The notes: generated from the letters alone by a model not told the origin. 64,000 nucleotides of DNA from an uncultured Anaerolineales bacterium (GCA_964480865.1 CAYZRP010000006.1:4064-68063); one strand, 5' to 3'. Shown: positions 8,047 through 18,113, counted from the stretch's first letter. Numbers and translations are program-made.

Positions 8047-8523
8047 TCACGCCATCAGCAACGCCGGGTTGAGCATGCCGAAGATCATGGCGACGTGCGC
8101 CACAACCAGAAAGAGACCGACGAAGCCGGCATGCACCTTGAGGTGGCCCTGATTGTCGAGGCCGCGACCAAGCACGCCGAGTTCGAGCAGGGCGATGCCG
8201 CCCAACGGCACGACGCCAAGCAGATAAAAGCCCACGGCGATCACGTCCGCGATGCCGCGCCAGGCGCCAGTGGTCGTGATCGGCCACACCGCATTCACCA
8301 TCAGATAGCCGAACACTCCCAGGAAGTACACGCCTACAGCGATGCCGGCCCAGCGGTTCAATCGGCGCCAGAGACCGGTGTAATCGCGCGAGAACAGGAT
8401 ATAGAGCTCGGTTATGGCGATAAACTCCGCCAGAACCACCGGAATGGCCATGAACAGGATCAGGTTCCACGGCTGGTTGCTGGCCAGAAGTTCCATGTAG
8501 TGAGTCATCGGAGTGTCATGCAT
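8047..8523 (-). CDS. hypothetical integral membrane protein
   Basis: ATG at 8523 preceded by AAGGA. About five hydrophobic helices. Same strand as, and adjacent to, the copper-cluster genes. Confidence 0.55.
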   Translation of the reverse strand: MHDTPMTHYMELLASNQPWNLILFMAIPVVLAEFIAITELYILFSRDYTGLWRRLNRWAGIAVGVYFLGVFGYLMVNAVWPITTTGAWRGIADVIAVGFYLLGVVPLGGIALLELGVLGRGLDNQGHLKVHAGFVGLFLVVAHVAMIFGMLNPALLMA

Positions 8524-8730
8524 GGTGAATTCCTTATCGGGCGAATGATGATGTCGATGAATTGAGTATAGGGAACGGTCCCTGGCTCCCAAACGGCCAG
8601 ATGACTGCGCGGCGTTACGCCGTTTCGCCGATCACAATTGCCATGGGTCGAGCATGACGAATGTCAGACACAGTGAAGCAGAGGGGCGGAGCCGCGTGGG
8701 CCAAGGGCGAGGCAGCGCCGGGCCGATCGA

Positions 8731-10434
8731 TCAAGTCGGCAAGTGGATGTCGATCGTCGTGCCCTGACCGGGCGAGGCGTGGACCTCGAGTTGAGCGCCA
8801 ATAAGGTCGGCCCGTTCGTGCATGCCCATGAGCCCGAAGTGCCCGTCCTGGCTCAAGCTGCTCAACCGCTCCGGTGGGGTGAAGCCCTGGCCGTCGTCGG
8901 CGATGTGGAGATGAAGCGCCCGATCCGTGAACGTCGCCCGGACCTGGATCGCGTGAGCGTGGGCATGTCGCGCGGCGTTGGCCAGGGCTTCCTGAACGAT
9001 CCGGTACAAACCGATCTCCTGAGCCGCCGCGAGCCGCTTCACCGGCCCGTCTACCGCGTAGGCCACCGGAATGCCGCTGGCTGTCTCAACATCGCGAGCC
9101 AGCATTTCGATCGCGGGCAGCAAGCCAAGGTCTTCGAGATAGATTGGGCGCATCGCACGGATGACGCGTCGAATGTCGGCGATGAGCGTCGAGGTCATCG
9201 AGCGCACCTCTTCGAGCCTGGCCCGCGTGGCGGGTGTGGCCTGGGCCGCGGCGCGTTGGGCCAGTTGAGCGCGCTGGTCGAGCGCGATCAGCGACTGCAC
9301 GGTATCGTCGTGAAGCTCGCGCGCCAGCCGCCGGCGCTCCTCCTCCTGTCCCGCCGTCATCGCCCCGAGGTAACCGCGCAAACCGGCCTGCGCCTGCTGC
9401 ACTTTGGCCGCCATGCGCGCCAGTTCGGCCTGAAGCCGCTGGATCTCGGTGATGCCTCCAACAGGTCGCTCGATCGCGGCGAAGTTCCCCTGGCCCAGGT
9501 CTGCCGCCTGACGCTCGAGCGCGCGTAGCGGCTGGACGATCTGACGCAGCCCAAAGGCCAGCACGACCAACGCCAGGATGATGGCGGGGATCAGGATCAG
9601 CGGCGCGATGAGCGAGCTCCTGAGGAGCGGCCCCTCGACCTGATCCCAGGGTTCTTCGGTCAGCAATGCCCAGGGCGTCCCCGAAACCGGGGCGTATGCC
9701 ACCACGTGCTCCTGCCCGTTTTCGCCCGGCAGAAACTGTGTGCCGCTGACGCCGCGCAAGGCATCGGCCACCCCCGGATGTTCCATCAGCGGGTCTTCCG
9801 ATAGGAGTTCGCCCTGCTTGAAGAGGAGGTTGCCCTGCGCCTCGACCAGGACCCACGACAGGCTCATGGTCATGCCCATGTCAGAGTCAAGAGCCAGGCC
9901 GCCGCGCACGAGGCCCTCCGGCGCAAAGGCGCCGACCACGAGGCGTTCGGCGTCGATACGAGTCGCCATCAAGACGCGCCGCAGGCCATCCGCATCCGGG
10001 AAGGACGCTGTCACGAAGGTCGGCGCTTCGGCCGGCCATTTGGCGAGAAGGCTCTGAAGGGGGCGGCTCGCCCAGGTTGCCGTGTCGCCGCTGGCCTCGA
10101 TCACAGTTCCATCCGACGTCAGCACGGCCACGCCGCCCTCGAAGCCGGCGGTCGTGCTTCCCAGCGTGGTCAACGACACGCGATTGTTTGGCGCTCTCAG
10201 AACCTGAGCCAGGCCTTCGAGCAGTTGCCGTCGATCGGTGACCTGCGCGGCGATGGCGGCTGCCGACGACTGGATCGAGCGCGCGTCACGCTCGGCGACC
10301 ATGGCGCGCATGGCCTGTTGATGGACCCACTGGCTGCCAAGCGCTACAGCGACGAGCGCGGTGGTCAACGGCAGGACGACGAACAGGAAGAACTGGCTGG
10401 TCAGGCCCTGACGCCAACCGATCCAGCGTCTCAT
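8731..10434 (-). CDS. sensor histidine kinase (NarL-partner, HisKA_3 type)
   Basis: Two TM helices flank an extracytoplasmic domain. H-box ARELHDDTVQSL. ATPase boxes DDGQGF and GLMGMHERA. Confidence 0.85.
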   Translation of the reverse strand: MRRWIGWRQGLTSQFFLFVVLPLTTALVAVALGSQWVHQQAMRAMVAERDARSIQSSAAAIAAQVTDRRQLLEGLAQVLRAPNNRVSLTTLGSTTAGFEGGVAVLTSDGTVIEASGDTATWASRPLQSLLAKWPAEAPTFVTASFPDADGLRRVLMATRIDAERLVVGAFAPEGLVRGGLALDSDMGMTMSLSWVLVEAQGNLLFKQGELLSEDPLMEHPGVADALRGVSGTQFLPGENGQEHVVAYAPVSGTPWALLTEEPWDQVEGPLLRSSLIAPLILIPAIILALVVLAFGLRQIVQPLRALERQAADLGQGNFAAIERPVGGITEIQRLQAELARMAAKVQQAQAGLRGYLGAMTAGQEEERRRLARELHDDTVQSLIALDQRAQLAQRAAAQATPATRARLEEVRSMTSTLIADIRRVIRAMRPIYLEDLGLLPAIEMLARDVETASGIPVAYAVDGPVKRLAAAQEIGLYRIVQEALANAARHAHAHAIQVRATFTDRALHLHIADDGQGFTPPERLSSLSQDGHFGLMGMHERADLIGAQLEVHASPGQGTTIDIHLPT

Positions 10435-10446
10435 AGGATCATGGGT

Positions 10447-11130
10447 TCAGGCGGTGGGTGGGCTGCCGAGGTCGGCCGGCAACCAGCCGAGCGCGACGGC
10501 GCGCATTACGGCCTCGGTGCGGCTGGCGACTTGAAGCTTGTCGTAGATCCGGGCCAAGTGCGCCTGGGCGGTGCGGTCGCTGATGTCGAGCTCAACGCCG
10601 ATGGCCTTGTTGGTCAGGCCCCGCGCCGCCAGCCGCAGCACGTCGAGCTCGCGCTCCGACAACGGCTCGGCCGCCGTGTCCGCGCCGACGCGCTCACTCG
10701 TGAACTGGCGCACCAGCAACTGCGCGATCTGCGGTGACAACGCCGACTGGCCTTCGTGCACGGCATGGACGGCGTCGACGATATCCTGGGCCTCGGCCGA
10801 TTTCAGCACATAGCCGTTGGCCCCCGCCGTCAAAACGGCTTTGACGTAGGGTGGATCGTCGAAGGCGGTGAGGATGAGAATGCCGACCTGGAGTTTCTCG
10901 GCGCGGATCGCGCGCGTGACGTCGATCCCGGAGCGACCCGGCATCTGGATGTCGAGGACGGCCACATCGGGGTTGTGTTCACGGATGCCCTCGAGTGCGG
11001 CGTTGCCGTTGTTCGCTTCCGCGACGACCTCGATAGTGCCGTTCATCTCAAGGAACTCGCGAATGCCCTTGCGCACGACGGCGTGATCGTCGGCCAACAG
11101 CACCCGAATCCGAGAAGGGGAATCGTTCAT
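10447..11130 (-). CDS. response regulator, NarL/LuxR family
   Basis: ATG at 11130 ([16 protein letters not shown]). Receiver domain plus LuxR HTH ([22 protein letters not shown]). Confidence 0.85.
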   Translation of the reverse strand: MNDSPSRIRVLLADDHAVVRKGIREFLEMNGTIEVVAEANNGNAALEGIREHNPDVAVLDIQMPGRSGIDVTRAIRAEKLQVGILILTAFDDPPYVKAVLTAGANGYVLKSAEAQDIVDAVHAVHEGQSALSPQIAQLLVRQFTSERVGADTAAEPLSERELDVLRLAARGLTNKAIGVELDISDRTAQAHLARIYDKLQVASRTEAVMRAVALGWLPADLGSPPTA

Positions 11131-11639
11131 GGTTGCGTGCCCTGGGTCGTGACGGTCATCCACCATTGATACTCGCGATGCTCACGGCTCCAATGGCTCT
11201 TGATGAAGTCCAGGATGTCGCTGACCTGCGCCTCGGTCAGGGTCGCTCCGAAGCCCGGCATGACGCCATTGTAGGCCGGATCGCCGCCGTGAGTCACGAT
11301 CGAGACGAGCAGTGGGTCAGGATGATGCCAGGTGTGCCCGCTGTCGTCGTGCGGCGGCGGGGGCAGCGAACCATTCGGCAGGCGCACTTTCCAGTTCGGC
11401 GCGCCTTGCAGCTCGGCCCCGTGGCAGGCGGCGCAATACTGGGCGAACAGAGCCGTGCCGGCTTTCACGCGCTGCGCATCCAGTGTGGGCAGCGGCGGGA
11501 CGGCCGTGTTGTTGATCACGACCGGGGCATTCGGGTCTTGGCCGCCCGATGCCAGATTCCAGGCCGCTCCACCGACCAGAATGACACCGACCAGGATCGC
11601 TCCCAGGGTCGTGAAACTCGATCTCCAGGCGGCCTTCAT
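11127..11639 (-). CDS. membrane-anchored c-type cytochrome
   Basis: ATG at 11639 (MKAAWR..). TM anchor and heme motif CAACHG. Overlaps the start of the response-regulator gene by 4 nt. Confidence 0.75.
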   Translation of the reverse strand: MKAAWRSSFTTLGAILVGVILVGGAAWNLASGGQDPNAPVVINNTAVPPLPTLDAQRVKAGTALFAQYCAACHGAELQGAPNWKVRLPNGSLPPPPHDDSGHTWHHPDPLLVSIVTHGGDPAYNGVMPGFGATLTEAQVSDILDFIKSHWSREHREYQWWMTVTTQGTQP

Positions 11640-12397
11640 CAGGGGTGTTCCACGGCTTGCAGGTGTCGCACATGATCCCCCAGGGTGCCGAGTGCTGCGT
11701 CGAGATATGGATAGGCGAAGGCCACGATCGCCACACCGAACAGGCCGCCGGTGATCAGGCGCATCCACGAGTTGAACGAGCCGAGCGCGTCGCCGGAATA
11801 AAACATCGCCGGCAGGACGTGGTTCGTGAGAGTCGCCAGCCAGGCATTCGAGTCGCGGAACCCTTGCCCGAGCCCTGCCAGATCGCTGACGAAGTGCGTG
11901 CTGCCATCGATCACCATCGGCGCGGCGACGAGCAGTGCGATCCACCACGGCATCGGCTTTCCCGTGCGCCGGCTCAGGCCATAGCCCAGGCTCGCCACGA
12001 ACATGCCGCCATACAACGACACCATGCGATCCGACCACGCGACCTTCCAGCCCATCTCAGCATTCCCGATGAACTGTCGAAGGATGAACGGACTGCCTGT
12101 CGTCTGCCAGTGTTGTTGGATCTCGCTCAGCGACCACATCGTCTTGGGTCCAAACAAAAAGAACGAACGCTCGGGGAGTTGATGACACTGTGTGGAGTAA
12201 ATGAGGTAGATGATGGTTGCCGGGCCCGTCCAACCAAGCTTCATGAACACGGGCGCGAGCCAGGGCAGGCCGGTGTAGAGGCCGAAGAAGACGGTCAGGA
12301 CCAGCATCCAATGCTCTCGCAGCCAGGATCCCAGGTGATTGGGGCCACTGCTCACGGACGATGCGGGGCGCGAAACGGCTCCAGGCATCCGGTTCAT
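11639..12397 (-). CDS. DUF2085 family membrane protein
   Basis: CHQLPERSF motif and multiple TM helices. Overlaps the stop of the YHS gene. Confidence 0.7.
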   Translation of the reverse strand: MNRMPGAVSRPASSVSSGPNHLGSWLREHWMLVLTVFFGLYTGLPWLAPVFMKLGWTGPATIIYLIYSTQCHQLPERSFFLFGPKTMWSLSEIQQHWQTTGSPFILRQFIGNAEMGWKVAWSDRMVSLYGGMFVASLGYGLSRRTGKPMPWWIALLVAAPMVIDGSTHFVSDLAGLGQGFRDSNAWLATLTNHVLPAMFYSGDALGSFNSWMRLITGGLFGVAIVAFAYPYLDAALGTLGDHVRHLQAVEHP

Positions 12398-12633
12398 CCT
12401 TTCCCGTCCGACGCGGGTTCGTTTGGTTCGAGAGGATCCTCACGGATCGGGTGCTCGATCTCGCCGGCCATGAACCGGTCCGGATCCAATCGAAACACGC
12501 GTCGACAGGCGCGAGTGCAGAAGTACACGATCTTGCCTCGATAGAGGTCCGTAGGATAACCCGCCGGGTCTTTCAAGATCCCGTCGCAGGCGGTTCGGAC
12601 CAGCCCTTGTGGTTGAGGGGATGAGGATGTCAT
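12394..12633 (-). CDS. YHS/TRASH-domain metal-binding protein
   Basis: ATG at 12633 preceded by GAAGGG. ..GKIVYFCTRACRRVFRLDPDRF is a YHS-type motif. Confidence 0.65.
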   Translation of the reverse strand: MTSSSPQPQGLVRTACDGILKDPAGYPTDLYRGKIVYFCTRACRRVFRLDPDRFMAGEIEHPIREDPLEPNEPASDGKG

Positions 12634-12659
12634 CGAGCCCTTCTCTGTCGGCAAGACTC

Positions 12660-14288
12660 TCAGGCCTCGGCCGCGAAGTTGCGCATCATACCCTGGTCGG
12701 CGTGCTCCAGGTTGTGGCAATGATAGACAAATAGACCCGCCTGATCGGGACAGCGCATCAGCACCTGCACGGTCTCGCCCGGCATCACGAGCACTGTGTC
12801 CTTCCAGCCGTCGTCGACGAAGCCGGCACTGACCGACTCGTAGCCCGGCGCGAACTCGGGATAGTCGGTGCGCAACGTGCGACCCAATACCTGGAACTGG
12901 ACGCCGTGAATGTGGAAGGGATGGGCCATCCCGAGCGGATCCATCATCTCGCCCGGGGTGACCTCGTTCACGATCTCCCAGACCTCGAGGCTGCCGGCCT
13001 TGACCTTCTCGTCGTCGGCGACCCCGTCCATCTCGAAGGTCCGGCCGTTGATCAGCCAGGTCATGTGCTGGTGCGTGATGACGACCTGCCGCGGTTGGCT
13101 CGCGTTGGCTGCCTCTTCGACGTTCAATGGATTCAGTGGAACAAGCCTGGATGGCAAGGTCAGCGTCTCGGCTTCCTGACGATCCACCTTGATGGTGAGC
13201 AGATCCTGGGCCGTTCCGAGCGCCGGCCCGCCGGACATGGCGCCCATCATGCCGCCGCCCATCATGCCGCCCATCGATCCGCCCGAGTTCGGCACGATCC
13301 CTTCGGCGCCGGTGAAGGTCTGGCTGACCAGCTTGAATTCGTCGTTGACAGCCCTGGAACTGAAGTCAGCCCACAGCTCGAGGCGCTCACCGGGGGCGAG
13401 CATGGCGTAGTCGCGCGTGACCGGCGCTGCGAGCAGACCCCCATCCGTGCCGATCACGCTGAGCGGCGTGCCGTCGCTCCAGGCCAGTTTGTAGATCCGA
13501 CTGTTGGAGCCGTTGAGCACACGGAAGCGATAGGCGCGCGTCGCGACGGGCAGCGTGAGATCGGCCTGCCCGTTGATCAGGATGCGGTCGCCCAGAAAGC
13601 CCATCATGGCCGTCATCATGTCCTGGCCATAGAGTAACTGGTTGTCGGCGTCGAAGGCGCGATCCTGGATGACGAGCGGGACATCGAAGTCGCCGGTCGG
13701 CAGGGCGACGTTGCTCTCCTTATCGTCGCTGACGATGAAGAGGCCGGCCAGCCCCTGGATGACTTGCGAAGCGGTCAATCCGTGTGGATGCGGATGGAAC
13801 CAGTAGGTGCCGGCGCGATCCGTGACCTCGAACTCGTATACGAACTGTTCGCCGGGGGCGATGGCATCGCGCGGATGACCATCCATGACGGCGGGCACAC
13901 GCAGGCCGTGCCAGTGGATGATCGTCTCCTGACCGGCCGGCAGATCGTTCTGCAGCGTGATGCGCACCTTCTGGCCCTTGCGCACGCGGATGATCGGGCC
14001 CAAAAAGGAGCCTGGGATTGTCTGAACGCTTGAGGAATCGCCTGTGATGACGGAGCCCTGGTAGACCCAGGCCTTGGTCGTTGATCCGGGCAGAATGGCG
14101 ACATCGCCGGGTGTGGCCTTGAGGACGAGCTCGAGGTCGGGCTTGAAGTCAACGCTGGGCGTGGGCGATACGGTCGTGGGCAACGGCGCGCGGCAGGCCG
14201 CGAGGAGTGGGGTACCCGTCAGCGCCGCGGCGGTCAGGCCGGTGAGGCGCAGAAAGGCACGACGATCGATCAAGGCTTTGGAAAGCAT
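12660..14288 (-). CDS. multicopper oxidase (CopA/CueO-like) with Tat signal and Met/Gly-rich insert
   Basis: Tat signal RRAFLRLTGLTAAAL. Copper-ligand motifs IHWHGL, WFHPHPHG, HPFHIHG and HCHNLEHADQGMM. Insert GGSMGGMMGGGMMGAMSGG. Confidence 0.9.
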   Translation of the reverse strand: MLSKALIDRRAFLRLTGLTAAALTGTPLLAACRAPLPTTVSPTPSVDFKPDLELVLKATPGDVAILPGSTTKAWVYQGSVITGDSSSVQTIPGSFLGPIIRVRKGQKVRITLQNDLPAGQETIIHWHGLRVPAVMDGHPRDAIAPGEQFVYEFEVTDRAGTYWFHPHPHGLTASQVIQGLAGLFIVSDDKESNVALPTGDFDVPLVIQDRAFDADNQLLYGQDMMTAMMGFLGDRILINGQADLTLPVATRAYRFRVLNGSNSRIYKLAWSDGTPLSVIGTDGGLLAAPVTRDYAMLAPGERLELWADFSSRAVNDEFKLVSQTFTGAEGIVPNSGGSMGGMMGGGMMGAMSGGPALGTAQDLLTIKVDRQEAETLTLPSRLVPLNPLNVEEAANASQPRQVVITHQHMTWLINGRTFEMDGVADDEKVKAGSLEVWEIVNEVTPGEMMDPLGMAHPFHIHGVQFQVLGRTLRTDYPEFAPGYESVSAGFVDDGWKDTVLVMPGETVQVLMRCPDQAGLFVYHCHNLEHADQGMMRNFAAEA

Positions 14289-14342
14289 GTCTGGGTATTT
14301 GCTCCAGGACGTGACGTGTTGGTCATTCTGGGGATCTGGATC

Positions 14343-14693
14343 TCACCGACGTCCTCGCGACGGCAGCTCGGCCAGGATCTCAACGACGGTTTCGGCAAGA
14401 TCGGGAGCGACTCGGGTGTCGCCATCGTGGGGCACGCAGACCTCGGTGCAGCCGCACCATCCAGAGACAATAACAGGCAGAGGCTCTGCCCCTGATCCGT
14501 AGACCAGCAGCACCGCATATTGAACTGCTGAGGTCTCGCTGACCGCCTGTGAGCCGGATGTATCTGCCAGGCCTCGTCTCGAATCTTGCAGGTCGAAGCT
14601 TCGAACGACTGTGAACCCTCGCTGCGTCAGGGTATTGGCCATCGCTTCGAGGAACTCTCGGCCGTCAGCATTGAAAGTGAGCGTGGCGGGCAT
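14343..14693 (-). CDS. hypothetical small Cys-containing protein
   Basis: ATG at 14693, 116 aa, with a GWCGCTEVC cluster. The upstream 48 aa of the track ORF are rejected. Confidence 0.45.
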   Translation of the reverse strand: MPATLTFNADGREFLEAMANTLTQRGFTVVRSFDLQDSRRGLADTSGSQAVSETSAVQYAVLLVYGSGAEPLPVIVSGWCGCTEVCVPHDGDTRVAPDLAETVVEILAELPSRGRR

Positions 14694-14760
14694 GGCTGTC
14701 TCCCATTGGCAGTCTACGCGGGCTCTAATGCAGGCCGTAGCGCTGTTCGGCGGTGGCCGA

Positions 14761-14775
14761 TTAGGCCAAATGGCG
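14761..14775. promoter_or_regulatory. TTAGGCCAAATGGCG box, site 1
   Basis: A recurrent 15-nt motif containing the small inverted repeat GCCA-AA-TGGC. This site lies about 70 nt upstream of the 14693 start. Confidence 0.4.
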
Positions 14776-14866
14776 GGTTGCGACGGCCGGACAACGTGAA
14801 CGGCGTCCAGGGCAGGGGGCCCGGACGCCGTTCGCACTGAACTCGCGTTGGAGGCAGCCTCGCCGA

Positions 14867-15463
14867 TTACGGCACGGCCTGCGGAGTCACGGTGATCATA
14901 TGTCGCCCAGGCCCATATCCGCCGCCCATCGCACCCATATTCGCGAACATCGCTGCGCCCTGGGCGTTCATGTGGGTCGACATTTGATCGGCTTGAGCCT
15001 GGGTCAACACGCCGTCGGCGACAGCCTGCTTGAGCTCGTCGGCCATGGCGGACTGCAGCACCATCGTGAGTTGATCCTGGCTGACGTCCTGAGCCTCGGC
15101 GACCTCGGCCAACGTCTTGCCCGCCGCCAGCTGAGCCGACAGCTCATCCGGAGTGAGGTTCAGCGCGCCGGCCAGGCTGGCCCAAATCTCGGTGTGCATG
15201 CCACCCGTTTCGGTCATCCCCGCATGCATGGCGTTCATGTCCACGCCGGCCATCATCCCCTGTCCGGTTCCACGCATCCCGTAGCCGCCCATCATGCCGG
15301 GGCCCATGCCCGGGTAGGGCGTTACGGTGCCGGACATCATGCCGAAGCCGCCCCAGGGCGAACCGCCCTGAGCCTGCGCGAACCCGGCGCCCATAAGCGC
15401 GAAGGCGCCGATCACGACGGTGGCGGCGGCGGCTGCCGCGGCGATTTTGAGAGAAGTCTTCAT
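14867..15463 (-). CDS. secreted Met/Gly-rich protein (putative periplasmic Cu(I)-binding)
   Basis: ATG at 15463 preceded by AAGGAAG. Signal peptide. Long run of GMM/GMG repeats (GFGMMSG..GMGPGMMGGYGMRGTGQGMMAGVDMNAMHAGM). Confidence 0.7.
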   Translation of the reverse strand: MKTSLKIAAAAAAATVVIGAFALMGAGFAQAQGGSPWGGFGMMSGTVTPYPGMGPGMMGGYGMRGTGQGMMAGVDMNAMHAGMTETGGMHTEIWASLAGALNLTPDELSAQLAAGKTLAEVAEAQDVSQDQLTMVLQSAMADELKQAVADGVLTQAQADQMSTHMNAQGAAMFANMGAMGGGYGPGRHMITVTPQAVP

Positions 15464-15686
15464 CTTTGTTCTTCCTTCGGGCAAGCGCCCTGATGGTGTC
15501 GAGCGAATTGGCCACAGGATAGAGCCGGCGTTTGGAGAAGTTATGAAGACCGGATGCGCTTTGCGTGAAGGGCTGGCTGCCCCGGCTTTCACGAAATGTG
15601 GGCAGATCGTTCATGGGTTCTTCACAACTCTCCGCCAGACTCGCGAAGACGCCGCGGCTGTTCACCCGTCGGCGAGGGGAGAGATC

Positions 15687-16055
15687 ATGTCGAAAACACT
15701 GCAATGGATGGTGGGCGTGGCAGCCCTGTTGTTGGTTCTGGCTTTCGCTGCTGTGATGATCCTGCCCTTCTTCTTCCCGGCGACGGGCGGGTACGGCATG
15801 ATGGGCCAGGGCATGCTGGGACGCGGCATGATGGGCGGCTGGGGCCGCATGGGTGGCTTCGGTTCGGGGATGTTCATCTGGCCGCTGATCCTGATCGGGA
15901 TCGTTGTGGCCGTGGTCTTCTGGGTGGGGCGTGGCCAGCGGCCGGCCCCCGCGCCATCCGCCGCAGCACCTATCGCCTTGCCGGTTTGCAAGGCATGCGG
16001 CCAGACGTTGCAGCCGGACTGGAAGGCCTGTCCTCACTGTGGTGAACGCGTGTGA
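15687..16055 (+). CDS. Met/Gly-rich membrane protein with C-terminal zinc-ribbon
   Basis: ATG at 15687 preceded by GGGGAGAG. Two TM helices flank GGYGMMGQGMLGRGMMGGWGRMGG. The C-terminus carries CKACG..CPHCG. A response-regulator gene follows 18 nt later. Confidence 0.65.
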   Translation: MSKTLQWMVGVAALLLVLAFAAVMILPFFFPATGGYGMMGQGMLGRGMMGGWGRMGGFGSGMFIWPLILIGIVVAVVFWVGRGQRPAPAPSAAAPIALPVCKACGQTLQPDWKACPHCGERV

Positions 16056-16073
16056 AGTCTTATACTGACGCAT

Positions 16074-16751
16074 ATGCAAACGATCCTGGTCGTCGATGAT
16101 GAGCCGCAGATCGTCAAGGTCGTGCGCGGCTACCTGGAGCAGGCAGGCTTTCGAGTGGTCACGGCCAGTGATGGCCCCGCTGCCCTGGCTCAGTATCGGC
16201 ACGAGAAGCCGGACCTTGTCGTCCTCGATCTGAACCTCCCGGGCCTGGATGGCCTCGACGTCGCCCGTCAGATCCGGGCCCGAGACGCTACGCCGATCGT
16301 GATGTTGACGGCTCGCGCGGATGAGAGCGACCGACTCGTCGGTCTGGAGCTCGGCGCCGACGACTACGTGCTCAAACCGTTCAGTCCGAAAGAAGTCGTG
16401 GCACGGGTGCGGGCGGTGCTCCGCCGCAGCGCGACAGCGCCGCAGCCCAAAGTATTGCGCCTGGGCGACCTTGTCATCGACACGGATCGGCACGCCGTCC
16501 TACGTGGTGAGGACGTCCTGGAGCTGACGCCCACCGAGTTCAGACTCCTCTTGGTCTTGGCGCGCGAACCTGGCAGGGTGTTCAATCGCATGCAACTCCT
16601 GGAAGCCGTTGAAGGCGACTCCTTTGAGGGTTATGAGCGCACGATCGATGCGCACGTGAAGAACCTGCGCGCCAAGATTGAGCGCGATCCCAAAAAGCCG
16701 GTCTATGTCCTGACAGTGTTTGGCGTAGGCTATAAGGCTGTGGAAGGCTGA
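16074..16751 (+). CDS. response regulator, OmpR family (CopR/CusR-like)
   Basis: Receiver domain (ILVVDDE..DLVVLDLNLPGLDG) plus a winged-helix output domain (..YVLTVFGVGYK). Confidence 0.85.
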   Translation: MQTILVVDDEPQIVKVVRGYLEQAGFRVVTASDGPAALAQYRHEKPDLVVLDLNLPGLDGLDVARQIRARDATPIVMLTARADESDRLVGLELGADDYVLKPFSPKEVVARVRAVLRRSATAPQPKVLRLGDLVIDTDRHAVLRGEDVLELTPTEFRLLLVLAREPGRVFNRMQLLEAVEGDSFEGYERTIDAHVKNLRAKIERDPKKPVYVLTVFGVGYKAVEG

Positions 16752-16754
16752 GCC

Positions 16755-18113
16755 ATGCGACTGATGGCCAAACTCCAGTTGGCTTTCCTGGCCGTGGTCG
16801 TGGTGGGCATCGGCGTGGTTTCGCTTCTGGCGAACCAGGCGGCTGAGCGCGAGGTCCGCGCCTACATGCTCGGGAGCGGCATGGCCACGGCCAGCCAGCT
16901 CGCCCAGGATCTCGCCGACTACCGCGATCGCGAAGGATCCTGGGCCGGCGTCGAAACGCTGCTGGCCAGCGGCAACACCCATGGCATGGGCGGTATGGGC
17001 ATGGACCAGCGCCTGACGCTGACCGACCTGCAGGGCAACATCATTGCGGACAGCACGGGGACCGCTCCCGGGACGCCTTACGCCTCGACGTCCGCGACGT
17101 CGGTCGCCGTCACGCACTCGGGCGGTACCCTGGCGACCTTGTGGGTGGACGGTGGCATGTCGATGGGTGGCGGCGGCGATGCGCTGGGACTGCTCGATCG
17201 AGTCAATCGGGCCATCTGGCTGGCTGCGTTGGCGGCCGGCGCCGTGGGCCTGGCCCTCGGCGCGGCCTTCTCCTATGGTTTGACGCGTCCGTTACAGCGT
17301 CTCACCGCGGCCACGCGGGCTATCGCGGCCGGTGACTTGAGTCACCGTGTGGCGTCCGACTCTCGCGACGAGATCGGGGAGTTGGCTGGTTCTCTGGACT
17401 CCATGGCGGCCGCGTTGCAAAGAGCTGAACAGCAACGGCGTAGCCTGACGGCCGACATCGCCCACGAACTGCGTAACCCCCTGGCGGTCTTGCAAGGCAA
17501 CCTCGAGGCCCTCAACGACGGCGTGTTGCCGCCCACGCCCGAGAACCTCCAGCCGCTCATCGACCAATCGCGGCTGCTGGCCCGCATCGTCGACGATCTG
17601 CGCACGCTATCGCTGGCCGAAGCCGGCGAACTCCGCCTGGAGCGCGTGGATACGGCTCCCGACGAACTCGTCCGTGCCGTCGTCGCGCGCTTCCAAACTC
17701 AGGCCATGGCCCGGTCGATCGCGCTGAGTGTTGATGCCGATGGGTCATTGCCGGAGGTTGCCATCGACCCGCAACGTATTGAACAGGTGCTGGGCAATCT
17801 GCTCAGCAATGCGTTGCGTCACACCCCTGACGGCGGGCGCGTGACCTGTCGCGTGCAGCGAACCGCTTCGGATCCGGGAAGCATCGAGTTCTCGGTGGCG
17901 GACAGCGGACCCGGCATTCCGCCCGAGGCCCTGGCGCAGGTCTTCGATCGTTTCTATCGCGTCGATCGGGGGCGCGCTCGTGCGGATGGCGGAACGGGGT
18001 TGGGTCTGGCGATCGCCAGACAACTCGTGGCCGCCCACGGCGGCTCGATCCGAGCCGCGAACCAGCCAGGCGGAGGGGCGTGTGTGACATTCACGCTGCC
18101 CGTCCGCCGCTGA
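16755..18113 (+). CDS. sensor histidine kinase (CopS/CusS-like)
   Basis: Two TM helices, a HAMP domain, H-box IAHELRNPL and ATPase boxes (DSGPGIP, GGTGLGLAIA). Confidence 0.85.
   Translation: MRLMAKLQLAFLAVVVVGIGVVSLLANQAAEREVRAYMLGSGMATASQLAQDLADYRDREGSWAGVETLLASGNTHGMGGMGMDQRLTLTDLQGNIIADSTGTAPGTPYASTSATSVAVTHSGGTLATLWVDGGMSMGGGGDALGLLDRVNRAIWLAALAAGAVGLALGAAFSYGLTRPLQRLTAATRAIAAGDLSHRVASDSRDEIGELAGSLDSMAAALQRAEQQRRSLTADIAHELRNPLAVLQGNLEALNDGVLPPTPENLQPLIDQSRLLARIVDDLRTLSLAEAGELRLERVDTAPDELVRAVVARFQTQAMARSIALSVDADGSLPEVAIDPQRIEQVLGNLLSNALRHTPDGGRVTCRVQRTASDPGSIEFSVADSGPGIPPEALAQVFDRFYRVDRGRARADGGTGLGLAIARQLVAAHGGSIRAANQPGGGACVTFTLPVRR

Noticed and set aside
7511-8470. N-terminal extensions of track ORFs (7511..8470, 928..1995, 11127..12038, 14867..15592, 21979..22497, 45844..47544, 53627..54643, 54880..56121, 34721..35428)
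   Set aside because: Internal ATG or GTG codons with Shine-Dalgarno-like sequences precede the recognisable domain or signal peptide. The extensions overlap neighbouring genes or regulatory repeats.
8590-8630. AAACGGCCAGATGAC.. as a further copy of the copper-cluster box, and AAACGGC..GCCGTTT as a terminator after the kinase gene
   Set aside because: Only about 9 of 13 positions match the box. The inverted repeat has a long irregular loop and no U-run.
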